64,000 nucleotides of DNA from Tubiluchus corallicola (lineage: Eukaryota; Animalia; Priapulida), in NCBI GenBank assembly GCA_030141605.1, contig JAQGDQ010000204.1:124001-188000 (forward strand), read 5' to 3'. Both the position numbers and the translations under genes were made by a program. Below, in pieces: positions 35,701 through 48,437 of the stretch (positions are counted from its first letter, which is position 1; each line of letters opens with the position of its first letter). The notes under the pieces were generated by a model. It made no database searches, had not been told where the DNA came from, and saw nothing but the letters and a program-made list of their open reading frames with translations.

Positions 35701-38398
35701 TTCACAAGGCTGGTTGATATTAATGTAACGGACATAACACTGAGACTCTGTTCACACAACTGCAATAACAGCTCTTTTATGAAAGAAAAATGAAAACTAT
35801 TTTGTTACACTGGAGCATAATTGCCGTAACTCTTGATTTTCACAGACTGCTGTGCCCCACCCTTGCGTGAAGATCTCAGCACATGTTTGCCAATAGACGT
35901 GGATTCTAGCGATACCATTTTTGGTGACACTCCGTGCATTGGTCTCATACGATCAACTAACAGTCGCTGTGAAGCAGCAGGTACGAATATTAATGATTGA
36001 TTGCAATAGATAATAGTGTTGCAGTCATACTAAAGTGTCTAATCTTCCACAGAGCAATGATGGTGGTAGTTCTGGCAATTTTAATTTTCGTTAGTGGATT
36101 TGATAAACATCTAAAATGTAAATAATTTTGCGAATAAATAAATATGAAAACATAAGTAAAACAGTGGGATGGGGAACTAACTCTCACTATTAAATTAAAA
36201 AAATGTTCAGGCTTACAATTGATAGAAATCCGACGCTTTCGAAAGTGGTAGGCTATTTGATGGCATAAGTCAAACATCTTAATTTAAAATGTTGGTTTTT
36301 ACAGGTTTAGGTCCACGAGAGCAACGCAACCAAATTACAGCTTTCATTGATGCATCGAACGTTTACGGTTCTAGTAAAGTAGAAATGGAGGCGCTAAGAA
36401 ATGGTGCGAAAGCAAACAAAATTATTATTTAATTAATTATTTAAAAGTAATTAACTTTTTTAATAAGAAATATTTAAATATTTTGATAGGAAAAATCTTA
36501 CACGAACCTGAATGTAAGTTATCGGTTATTTACTTTGGAATAATAAACAAATAAATAAATAAATTGACGAATGAATATGTAAATGAATGAATGAATGAAT
36601 GAATGAATGAATGAAAGAATGAATGAATGAATGAATGAATGAATGAATGAATGAATGAATGAATGAATGAATGAAAGAATGAATGAATGAATGAATGAAT
36701 GAATGAATGAATGAATGAATGAATGAATGAATGAATGAATGAATGAATGAATGAATGAATGAATGAATGAATGAATGAATGAATGAATGAATGAACGGAT
36801 GGTTGAATAAATGAATAAATTAATTAATGAGTCAGAAGTAGAACATGAATGTAAACCTAAATGAATGTATGAAATAGCAAGTTTATTTGGTTATCTACTT
36901 GCAAAAAATTGCGATCTTTTATCTGCCATTTTGTACCCACGTAAGCGAAACTGTAACTAAGTCAATTCCATTTAAATTCAACTGCCGTGGGAAAGATATT
37001 TTGAGGCCGCTGGGCCTTATGGAGAAGTTTGAGTTACCACTGTTGAGGAATGCAATGTTGAGTCAGTGTTTTACCTTGTACTAGCATAGATTTCTGCATT
37101 AATTTAACGATTTTTGGTCCCAAGTATCCACATTCCCATGGAAGCAGACTTTAACCGGAGTACCAACATACGTACTGTAAAAGTAGATTTGTTTCCTAGG
37201 TTTTCTAAGTTTCATAATACAAGCTCTATGCTTACAGCTGTAGCCACAAACTGCAGTACTTAGCCTGTTATTTAAAAGAAAAAAATCAAACCCTGTTTAT
37301 TGTGTAGGTATGTATACAACGCATCCTTTTTTTACCTAATGTTCATATTATTATAAATCATGTTGGTAAATTCATTTCTCATATTTTAAGGCGCCTTTCT
37401 AAAGTCGTCTAATGGAGATCTCCTTCCGCCGAGACCTCTTTCTGATTGTTTCAACGAGGCTCATCAGTGTTACAGAGCAGGTCAGTAATATCACCCATAT
37501 TTTTGGCCTTGATTATGGTAATTGAATTCAAGTATATTAATTTTCTCCAGCTTGAAATTAAGTAACATTATGACTATAATAATACTGTAGGTGATGAAAG
37601 GGCTAATGAACAAGTTGGATTGACTGCTATGCATACAGTGTGGCTAAGAGAACACAACAGATTAGCTGGGCTACTGAAAAATCTTGTACCGTCGTGGAAT
37701 GATAATACAGTTTTCGAGGAAGCAAGGAGAATTGTTGGAGCCATGATGCAGGTTATTTTCACTTATCTTCCTCAGTTTTAATTAATTACAATAAGGTAAG
37801 CCGACATTGCAGAAGAACAAAAATTATTCATGGTGCATTATTCAAAGGTGATGAGACTCTGTATGCCTATCGGTGAAGCTGTGAAATCTTGGCATACTGT
37901 GTTATTATGTTATAGCTGAGTGAACAAGCCGCTTGAAAGCCTTTTCCCATTAAAATAATACTTAAGCCTTAAAAAACAGTCATAATCTCAGATGGAAGAT
38001 GGCGGGGACCTAAACTCCTCCTTGACCGTCTCAGTGGCTCTAGTGTCAGTCATGCAAAATTTCGTTAAAATCAATGCACTCGTTTGGCGCCCAGAAAGAA
38101 CAAATAAACAATGACAGATGAAGATATTTTTATAAACACCCAAATAAGGTTCGCTTAATTGTTTAGATTACAAATGTTGCGATGAGCAAACTGTGTGTGT
38201 GGTGCCGTTATTGTTGTTACTATCATGTGTTACGTTATGATGATTTTCAAATTTGAAATAGTTTTGAACCTCAAGCATGTATAAGGTACCCTTATTGGTG
38301 CATTAATGGTGCACTAATCTAACAAAAAATGAGTGACTTTGGGTCACAACACAAAAATGCAGAAACATGGCTTTTTTGTAAGAGAAAAGAGATATGCA

Positions 38399-38438
<40 letters not shown>

Positions 38439-41400
38439 CTGTGTAAAACTATTTGACTGAACAACTGAGTAAACGGCTAATTCGTAGATGAATAAGCGGC
38501 TGAGTTGCACTTGGATTGACAATTAAAATTATTAATAAAGCAAAAATCATCATGGCTTTTATGCTCTCATTATCAGGTAATCACCTACAGAGAATTTCTA
38601 CCGGTGGTACTAGGGCCATCATTCGACCAGCATTATCCAGGTTATTATCCAAATGCTGATCCCTCCATAACTAATGAGTTTGCGACTGCAGCCTACAGGT
38701 AATTGAATCCCTGATACTTTTCTTGTAGTACAAGCTACTGGTTATAAAAGGTAAAAGGACATTAACCTTCTTTGATTGAAACAGTGCTACTCATCAAATA
38801 ATAAATCAAAAATAAGTTCGTAGTCCGTTATTTGCATTTTAGTGCAAATAAAATAAAAAATACAAGAAACTTGCATTCTTTTTAGTAAATGATAATTCAC
38901 AGAATTAGAAACTTGCACGTAACCTTTCCTCCTTCTTAGAGTCCAGCAAAATCTTTATTTGATGATCCAACGCTTTTTCAGCTCATCAAGCAGATTCATT
39001 AGGGACCTAAAATTAATTGAGATATAACTGGCTAATATACTGGATTCTTAGGACTTTCTGCTCGCTTATGATCAGACACCTAATGTGTAATTTTGTGAAT
39101 TCATTATGACTGTTTTCTGCAGATTTGGACATTCTCTATTGGCTAGCGTTTACCACGTGGGTGCAAAGGACATACCACTTCATGAAACGTTCTTTGATCC
39201 CGATGAAGTCGTGGACAGTGGGCTGACAGCTTTGACAGAGGCGCTATTTAAAGACACGTGTGAACGGGGTGACAGGTAATATTTTATGAGCGTTCGTGAT
39301 TATGAAGTAAAAAACTGTGACGGTAGTGTCGATGGGCCTATTTTGTTGACTAATTTCAAAAATCAACATCTAACATCTGCATGATTTAGTTTTAAGTTTA
39401 CACTAAATGAATCAGAAGCAACCTTGTACCGCTGTATTGTACCATTCAGTATTATGGGTCTAACAGTGAAGAGTTTTGTAAACTCTTAGCTATAAGCTAA
39501 CAAGAATGCTTTTTTATATAAATTTCAAAAACAGAGCTGTACTTAATATTGTAGAAAAAAGGAGAAGTGAGGAGAGGTGAGGAGAAGCATGCAGAAGAGA
39601 AGAGGGAAAAAGAATTAATTAACAGAAAAAATGGAAGAAGAAAAGAGAAGAAAGCAGAAGAAGCGGATGTTATTCCTGGATTTGATCCAGAGAATCGTAT
39701 TTCGAATTTAAAGTTTACATCGACTACTAGACTATATACATAGATACTTATTGGTTGCATTCCAAATGTCCATGACCCAACACAACTGCGATGGATGATT
39801 AGGACTAGAAATCCCTTTCTTGTTTGATGCTAACTTGAAACTTATCGTAACATATGGTAATAGATGAATTTGAGAATCATAATACTTTACTGTTGTCAGG
39901 TGTTTAACAGATGACGTGCGAGACCGATTGTTTCCGGACTCTGGCGAGGAATATGGATCAGATCTAGCTGCTAGGAACATCGAAAGAAGTCGAGACCACG
40001 GATTACCGGATTACTTACAGTATCGAAAATTAGCGGGCTTGAATTCTGCAGGTACCATGGATGGCTTGAGCCAAATTTCATCAGAAAATATCGCATTGCT
40101 AAAACTAGCTTACGGGTAATTATGAGTTTAAGATTGAACTTTCTCACATCACTTAGCGAGATCTAAGACAAGGTTTCCGTGTTTGTAAGTTAGGACAATA
40201 CAGTATACGTTATTACCGGTGAACTAGGCAGTATGAAGTCAGTTACTTCACGTAAATAATTCCTGACGGCTTTTACGCCAAAAACAATTGTATCTCTATC
40301 ATAATCACTTACATAATTATCACCGTTGCAGTCATTAGGGTTGCTGTCCTCAAATATGTGTATTTTAATAATCTTCAAGCAAGAATCTCAACATCATCTT
40401 TGCCATCGATTTCGCTATCTGTGTACCATCTTCGTCTTTGCTCATCATCATTACTATCATTATTCATCGTCGTCATCGTCATTATCATCATCATCATCAT
40501 CATAAAATGTTGTAAATGAAATTGGAAGATGCTGTAAAAGTACAATTATATTACAGACAGTTAAAATTCAAGAGCTATCCTTACTTCAGGCATCAGCTGG
40601 ATTAAAAAATAAATGTTATATATGATAAAAGTTTTCGTACATTTTAAACGACGAAAGAGGATTATGTACTTTTCCTGTTATTTTTGTTAAATCACTTAAG
40701 TATTGAGAGTTTTCACTACGACAGAGAATTGTCTGGGATTTGAGCAAGAGGAACATCGTGAATGCGACCCTTGATAAAAAAGGTAACATCAATAAAACGA
40801 TTCTGACATCTTGTAAACTCCCTGCACTTTAGAAAACGAAGAACCAAAGCGAATATCAATTCAAAATGCGACTCAATTCAACGAGTGCACACATATATTT
40901 TCAATTAATTTTCAGCGACAACCCAGCAGATGTGGATCTTTTTACGGGAGGTCTATCAGAGAATCGTATAGCGGGAGCTTTAGTGGGACCCACGTTTGCT
41001 CATATTCTGAAAAAACAGTTTAACAAGCTTCGCGCCGGCGACAGTTTCTGGTATGAACGCCCACGCATATCACCAGCGGGAGGATTCCCCTCCTCACCAC
41101 CTCCGTGGTTTAGTCCAGGTACGTTAGGGCAACTCGACCAAAATCTATAACGATCATTAAGTTTCTGTACAAATAATTCTGTATGCATCACTGTTTCCTT
41201 GCATGATGAAAGCAGTTTATAACTCGCTAGCTGTCGTAACTTCGCTGTTTGTTGGAATTCATAAAATTGTTTTGGGATCCACTTTAGTCCACTACTTGAA
41301 TTTGATCAAAAAGTTTGTTTTACGTTGGGCGGTGCTAGCTTTAACGAATCACGATAGCCGTAACACGAAAAATTATAATAAACCTGAATGAATTTGCAGC

Positions 41401-44237
41401 AACTGGCAAGGCTCAGATGCGCGATTCTTTGTGAGGGTCTCGATAGGCTTATGTGCTACTAATGTAGCTTCTATCGTACTGAATAAGTCCGAATTGACAA
41501 GTTGCAATTCTCATATACATATCTTAGGCCTAACAATACAAATTCTTTAGTAATAACTGCTTAATGTAACAAATGTGACATGAGGAAAGGCGAGAAGAGG
41601 AGAGGAGTAGACAGACGAGGAAAAAGGGCAGAATGGAAAAGGAGAGCAGAGACGGGAAGAGGAGAGGATTGGAGAGAAGATGAGATGAGAGAAAAGGGGA
41701 CGAGACGAACGGAGGGGAGAGGCGAGGAGAGGAGAAGAACGAAGAAAATAGAAGCAAAGGCAAAGGAAGGGATATGGAGGATATGCAATGGGATGAAAGG
41801 GAAGGGATTCGAACGGAGAAGAAGAGGGAACGGAATGGAAGGGAAGAGAAGAGAAGAGAAAGAAAAGAAAAAAAAGAGAAAAAAAGAAAACAGAAGGAAA
41901 GGAAAAGACAGAAGAGAAAAGAAGAAAAAAGAAAAGGAAAAGGAAGAGGAAGAGAAGATGTATATTAAATTTTAGTAACTCTCGTAAATACAGTATTTCC
42001 AAAATAGAGACCAATATGATTTTGAGACGCAATAAAAACCACAATGTTCAACCACATCCCAAGGTGTCGTAAAGTTAAGCGTGCGGTTGAGACGAAATTT
42101 TGTTTAATGAACCCCGTCCTAACTCACTCGCAAAATTAGGCGCGATTAAATTCCGCTCAACTTTCCTAGTCGCATGGAAGCTAGTTGCGACTAGGGTTAG
42201 GAGATAAGACGTCTACGTGAATTGTATACAAATAATTCCGCGTGCCTAAACCCATTTAAAACAACGAAACTGTCATAAGTGCGGTACATAAATCGGTATG
42301 CTAAAGCATGACATCAATGTGGACATGACTTTACGTGCTTCGTCACCTGTCACAGTGATGCTGGTTTTGTCATACTAAAGTGCAGCAAAACGTTCAAGCA
42401 CAAAAATGTGGTAATTCAGATGCTTAGCTCTAGAAATAGTGCTTAGAGAAACCAAAAAAAGTTCGGTTACCTATTCAACACTTACCATGCAGACCAGGCT
42501 TTCTTTTTCCTCTCCTGTCAAAATCTGAAATCTGGTCACAAGCAGTAAAAGTTGACAGACCTGATTCTTTTCCAGGCTATGGCATTCGCATTTTCATGAA
42601 AAGCTATATACCTAAGGTATTTGCCTATTCCAGACGCTAAGCAGAGTGTAGCAACCTGACGCATTATATAATACTGTGCGCGCATTGTGCATTCGGCACC
42701 GTCATTCAAATATAACCTTGCTACGTTGTGACAGTACGTGCATGTTAGTTGACAAAATAGGCAAACTTTGTTCATAATTCCTAAAAGATATGGCCCTTTT
42801 GAACTGGCAAGATGTCGGCCATCTTGAATGCTCTGGCCGAAAATTTTCGATTAGCTCCATATCCGAAATTAATCAAACGGACGGGTTTAAACATTGTCCA
42901 AGATTTCATGCTTTTAAGCAAAATGAGCAATTCCGTCATTTTGAACAACATTTGCATCTTAGCCGCCATCTTGAAATGGGGTTGATATTATAGGGCACGT
43001 TAGCATCAGGTATGGATTTCTTGACCTAGAAAACCTATATTAGGCATCAAATTCATTATAATATACACTCTAGTAACTGAGATATAGCCCTTACAAGCTA
43101 GCAACAGCCATACTGTCAGCCATCTCGAAAATTGCGGCCATATTGGACGAATTTCGATTGACTCCAAGATCAAAATTAATTACCTTAATGAGTTCTAGCA
43201 CTGCAAAGTTTTATGCTTTTGAATCAAAGGAGAACTTTTTCACCATTCTGGTAGATTAAATACTCATTCATTTTGGTCATATGGCCAACATCTTTTTTGA
43301 CGTCATAATTAGACCCTTTACACTGATCAAATTTTGGCCCAATTTGGGTACGTTATTCTCTGGACCAAATACTGCAAGAATACACCAAAAGCGTTTTCTG
43401 GTAATTTTTTGTGCTAAGTCAGCAAATTGACCTTATATATCGTACATAGAACAACATGATGGCCAGTATTTCAACAAATTGCGCTTTAACATATAGCATT
43501 GTTTCGCTCATCAGAACAAATTCACGAATTGAACAAAGTGACGTTGGCCAGGGTTCTGTGTGACAACACTGACATCGACACCGTTCAACCTAGAGTTATG
43601 ATGAAGGTGACAGATGGGTAAGTTCTAATTGCAGTTTGCTTGTTAATTAACGAAATAAAGCAACAGCACCTCAGAATGTTGCTTTAATTCCATTCGTACA
43701 ACTATAATGGAAATTTCGCACCTTTAAACAGTCCTAAATTAGAGAGCAAGATGGGCTTACATATATAGGGCCTGATACTTGATTAAACATGTAGCTCTGT
43801 CCTTCAGGAATGGCACTACCAAAATAAAATAAATTTAAATCTTTTACGAGTAAACATTATTATTTTGTACTGTATTTCAGTTTGTCTTCTGTTAACGTCT
43901 GCATGGATTTTTGTATTAAATTCTGCTTTAGTGGAACTGTAACTCTAGAATTGCAAATATAAAAAACAATTGTGCATAACTGAGCAGACACATTTAAGTC
44001 ACGCATGAGGCATTTTTTAAACATTTATACTCAATACTGTATCGTCGAAATTTTTGTGCCATATTGCCGGCTTTAACTACAGTACTTTCGTACCATATTA
44101 TTGATTGCTATATTTTTAAGGTGGATCATCTAAAAATTACATTAATTTAATAATTTTTTCCTTTTTAATTTAGAAATGCTGAAGTTTCGTGCTCTCAAAT
44201 ACCGAAAATGGGCCTACAGGTTTTCGGACCACCGTAA
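32795..44237 (+). CDS. Secreted animal heme peroxidase (peroxidase-cyclooxygenase superfamily; peroxinectin/chorion-peroxidase-like), at least 640 aa; start codon not resolved
   Basis: Exons 32795-32841, 34217-34316, 34812-35053, 35179-35367, 35846-35980, 36305-36403, 37391-37480, 37591-37751, 38577-38698, 39123-39275, 39900-40115, 40916-41118, 43515-43617 and 44174-44237 are phase-compatible. Motifs: [18 protein letters not shown] (distal His), [23 protein letters not shown] (distal Arg, Glu), REHNR, YRFGHS (proximal His), [32 protein letters not shown] at 32436 suggests the first exon lies around 32460-32500. Confidence 0.92.
33755..33950. repeat. Degenerate minisatellite, four copies of about 45-52 bp
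   Basis: Recurrent ATCGAC.C..CCTCAATA..TGAAGCAACA with AAGC anchors at 33785, 33836, 33881 and 33933. Confidence 0.7.
36582..36795. repeat. (GAAT)n microsatellite
   Basis: Read directly. Confidence 0.95.
38400..38435. repeat. (TA)n microsatellite
   Basis: Read directly. Confidence 0.9.
41580..41960. repeat. Purine-rich (GA-rich) low-complexity tract in a peroxidase intron
   Basis: The + strand is almost entirely G and A; this produces the spurious R/K/E-rich and F/S/L-rich ORFs. Confidence 0.85.
42790..43250. mobile_element. Probable non-autonomous transposon remnant with repeated GCCATCTTG-like motifs
   Basis: GGCCATCTTG, CCGCCATCTTG, GCCATCTCG and GGCCATATTG recur in this stretch, as is common in invertebrate MITE/Helitron-derived repeats. 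No ends could be defined. Confidence 0.35.
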
Positions 44238-44699
44238 CGTAGCTCAACGAGTATACATAATATCATAAAACCATTAGACCGCAGTCATAGAAATTACAGT
44301 CAATGAATTAATGAACGTAGATTATCCATATAATTATCATTATGTAGTGGTACCAGCTTAGATGAGATATTTGTTAAATAAAACATAAAGTAAAGAATTG
44401 TTCAGACAATGTACAATTATCACATGCGTTTCTCAATACTGCAATGCTATACTCGTTTTACGAGAAGGCCTATTTGCATCTAATGGAAATTATTCGTCTA
44501 GTAACTTGTCTGTTTAAAGCACTTTCGGGTTGAAAAATGGCATATGATTATAAATTATGTAAATATAATTATTTATGTCGTGAAAGTTTTTGAGCGTGTG
44601 CATATATATTACAAAAATACTATACTTTTTTAACTGTGGCAATCTTCATTGAACAGATAAGTATGATTATACTACGAACGTTTATTACTCGTTAGCATA

Positions 44700-45090
44700 A
44701 TAAAATAACCACAACAACTCTAACAGCAACGCTGAGATTATGGCTACGCAATTAACAACTTTAATACATTAATTCAAAGTACAAAGTTAACAGGATTTCT
44801 CTAAATAGTAGGCCTACACTATGCTGGTTAGATGATCTGTATTCATGTCTGACTTCAAAATTTACCATAAATACATAAAATTGGACCTAAGGTCTGATCA
44901 CATTAAAACGTTTAGTACTCCTAATACAAGTTTGAATACAATCAAAAATTTTACAGTTAACAGCAATATTAAAATCATCACTTCCACAAAGATATAATGA
45001 CAACAATTCACTATTACTATATTGTAAAATACTGAAATTTAAAGGCAATAATATGTTACTTAATTGACTGAACATAGCACCTCTGTTCCA
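44700..45090 (-). mobile_element. 5'-truncated LINE fragment (ORF2 C-terminus plus 3' UTR, CR1-like)
   Basis: ORF 44887-45075 ends LYLCGSDDFNIAVNCKIFDCIQTCIRSTKRFN, resembling the L..G....N..I...V..FI..TKRF terminus of invertebrate CR1-group ORF2. Confidence 0.55.
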
Positions 45091-45169
45091 ACAGTTGCAC
45101 GAACAGCTTCACTAACCGCTAATCGTTCTGTGCAAATATAGGGAATTTATATTGTGCATCGTTTTAAAA

Positions 45170-45370
<201 letters not shown>

Positions 45371-46488
45371 AAAGCACCAAAATGGCTACTACTACACCAT
45401 CAGCTGCTTCAGGAGCGAGAGGTGTTGTCAGCTCAAGTTAGGCCTATAGATGGAGTAGATGGATGAGAGTTGCTTATTTACAACACCTAGAACACGAAGA
45501 CAGTTTCTAATGATACGTATTCAGCAGAAACTGGTAAACGCCGTTTGTTTGTTGCCCATTGTGTGCTAATTACTAACTCGTCAAGAAACAAGCAGCAGAA
45601 AACGTAAACAAGTTTGTTAGCCGATACTGAAAGTACCATATTGAGTTATGCCAGAATTCATTATGAAGCTTGTATTTAAAAAAAATGTTGCAGCAAACAA
45701 CAGAATTTAAAAGACACAAAATCCCAGATTGGAATGTAGAATTTATGATACTTCTCCAGGGACGAATAGTTAAATACACGTTAACTTATACGTTACAAAT
45801 TTTACATTAACATGGTTTACATGATTTATTTGTTTGAAACATATAATGCCTTCAGCAGTGATGCTTAAAATGATCAGAAATACGCAGACCAGAAATCTCA
45901 AAACTATATCATTTTGCATAGTGATGAAGCCTATCACTATGACTATTTTGGATGTAGATCCAACTGAAAGTCGTCAAAATTAATATGGATGCAATTTTCA
46001 AGACGGCCAAAAAGATGACTGCTTGTATCTTGAAAGGTTTTATGATGCAATGCACATTTAAAGACATATAATTACAAATAAAATGAAATTGCAAGGCAAC
46101 AATAACAACAGCAACAACAACATTTCTAAGTAATCGAGTGACAGTGACTTTTATAAAAATAAAATTTTAGTATAAAAGCAGACGACTATATATATGTGGA
46201 GTGAAAGAACAACTGGGTACTGTGGGTAGTAACAGCGCTTGGCTGTGAAGGCAGCCAGCACTGTGCCTGGTTGGTAAATGGATGGACAACATCCAGAAAA
46301 GTTTCGTCTGCCATCTTGCCTTCAGGTATTTTTCTGTATGAGACATGTGTACATACATATGAAGATAACTAAGACACTCATGCGGTCTAGTCCCCAAAAC
46401 GTGCCACTTAGAAGATTATCTTCTACCTAGGCTTTCGATGCTGGCACAACTATGAGCATTGTATTCCATTGTATGCCACCGCTGTAAA

Positions 46489-46492
<4 letters not shown>

Positions 46493-46572
<80 letters not shown>
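46493..46572. repeat. (CT)n microsatellite
   Basis: Read directly. Confidence 0.95.
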
Positions 46573-48087
46573 CCTTTCATTCAATCGAAGTTTTTCTAAC
46601 TTTGGAACATTACGTGGAAATTTTTGGCGACTATAGCGAATAAGTAACGTCTTTGTTCTCTTCCCCCCATAAGGTATAGGACGGCACAAAACTACACGGT
46701 GCAAAAATATGACATTGTGTGTAAATAAGGTTCAGGTTGGACAGAATTGGCGCAAATGTTTTCAGTACATGCGGCCTTGTACATCCTACTGTTACAGAAA
46801 GTTTGTTGGTGTTAACAGCCAAAAACCTGTGGCACACAAAGTATTGAACCACGCCTGGCAATGATCAGCAAACACTTCTACACGTAACAGGTTTTCTGGC
46901 GAGGATTAAGAAATTTAAGCGATTGGGTAAATTTGGTAAGTGTGAGTTTGTTTCAATTTTGCGTAAGTGTCTGTAAAGTTAATTTTAAAAAAAGAAAATA
47001 CATAATGCATTATGGATCCTGGCTGTGGAATTATAATAAATGATCAGTCCTCGTAACCCAATGGCGGGTTAAAAACGAGATGGTCGGTTAAAAGTGCATA
47101 AACTATGAAATTAATACTTAAGGTGAATGATGGAGTAGCAACTAGTCACGTAGAAAGCTCAACTGCGATTTAAAGACATTTGCTATTTACTGATTTGCTA
47201 GCGCATTGACTTCATTTTATTAAATCTCCTGTGTAAAGATTCGTCAATTTAAAGTTCCTACTATAATTTGTTACCTACTATATCTCATAGCATTAGTTTG
47301 CTGCTAAAAAGGGTAAGTTTTGGTTACTAGTTACTAGTTTATTCAAGACGGTTACTTTTTCATATGGAACCATTAGATTAGGTGGGTCAAACGGTGGCGG
47401 ACTCGTTGAGTTGGAAGATCAGTTTTTAAGGGCCCCAGTTGGGTGGGGTCGATGGGCAGTGAGCTGCATGCTAGAAGTAATATGCATTGCTCGTAACGCT
47501 CGCAGATGCGAGATACTTATTGACAAACAGCAGGAGTTATTGACAAACAACATAGACTTAAGAGACCAATGGATGGGAGACCGTAGACATTACAAGATGT
47601 TATACCAAACAAGATTCGCAAAATTTAGTTTGATATGGTAAGGCTATTTCTCCAGACTAAATTATAGCATAATTATGTATATCGACTCTTATGTATCAGA
47701 CCTATCTAAATGGACTTCACGTTTTATTCACGTTTTCAATTGGTATCAAACAGTTTTAATCTTGTTTTAGTTTGCAGAATGTAGAAGTATATGAAACAAC
47801 TATGACCAAGGTAAGCACTCACCCTTGTTGCAATATCATAACCAATTTGTAATATCAAACATGTTTTAAGAAAGTAAAGAAACTTCAAATTAAAAAAAAC
47901 TTCTGAATATGTTCTTGACAAACTGCTCGAACTGCCTGGTAATTTATTTTAACACTTTATTTAAATTCGAAATAGTGTGATAATGGTATAAAAATTATAA
48001 CAGCAATATGTCAACCCTGCTTCGTGGCAAAACCGGAACTCACTCGCTAACATGTTCAGGTATAGAGTGAATAGAGAGAAGCCAGTC

Positions 48088-48097
48088 GTGACGTCAC
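48088..48097. promoter_or_regulatory. Palindromic CRE/ATF site GTGACGTCAC upstream of the SLC7 gene
   Basis: Perfect 10-bp palindrome about 340 bp upstream of the proposed ATG at 48438. Confidence 0.35.
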
Positions 48098-48437
48098 ATT
48101 CATACCTTAAGTTTAAGTTACTGGCCTACTACAGTACATGTTTTTAACAAAATCTTTGAATCTTTTCATAATTTATAGCGTAGTGTCCTTCTCCATTTCT
48201 TTCATTTTACCTAGTTCTATTTATTCCAGATTCGTTAGTTACGCAATTTGATGTCAGTGCCGCTTCACTGCTTAATACAATTTACATTTACATTCATATA
48301 GCTACAATCTATCATAACAATAATTGTTTTTAGTGCTTGACAAATGCCAAATCATATTTGTACACTGATGACTCTGTGAAAAGAGCGAAAGTAAAACAAT
48401 CTGAGCGACTGGATTTTAAACAGGTGTAGTCACTGAA

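Noticed and set aside
41400-41462. [13 protein letters not shown] segment as the next peroxidase exon
   Set aside because: The phase is wrong and it stops early; the true exon ([18 protein letters not shown]) is at 43515-43617.
41530-42044. Several R/K/E-rich and F/L/S-rich ORFs
   Set aside because: They arise from purine-rich low-complexity intron sequence that lacks stop codons by composition.
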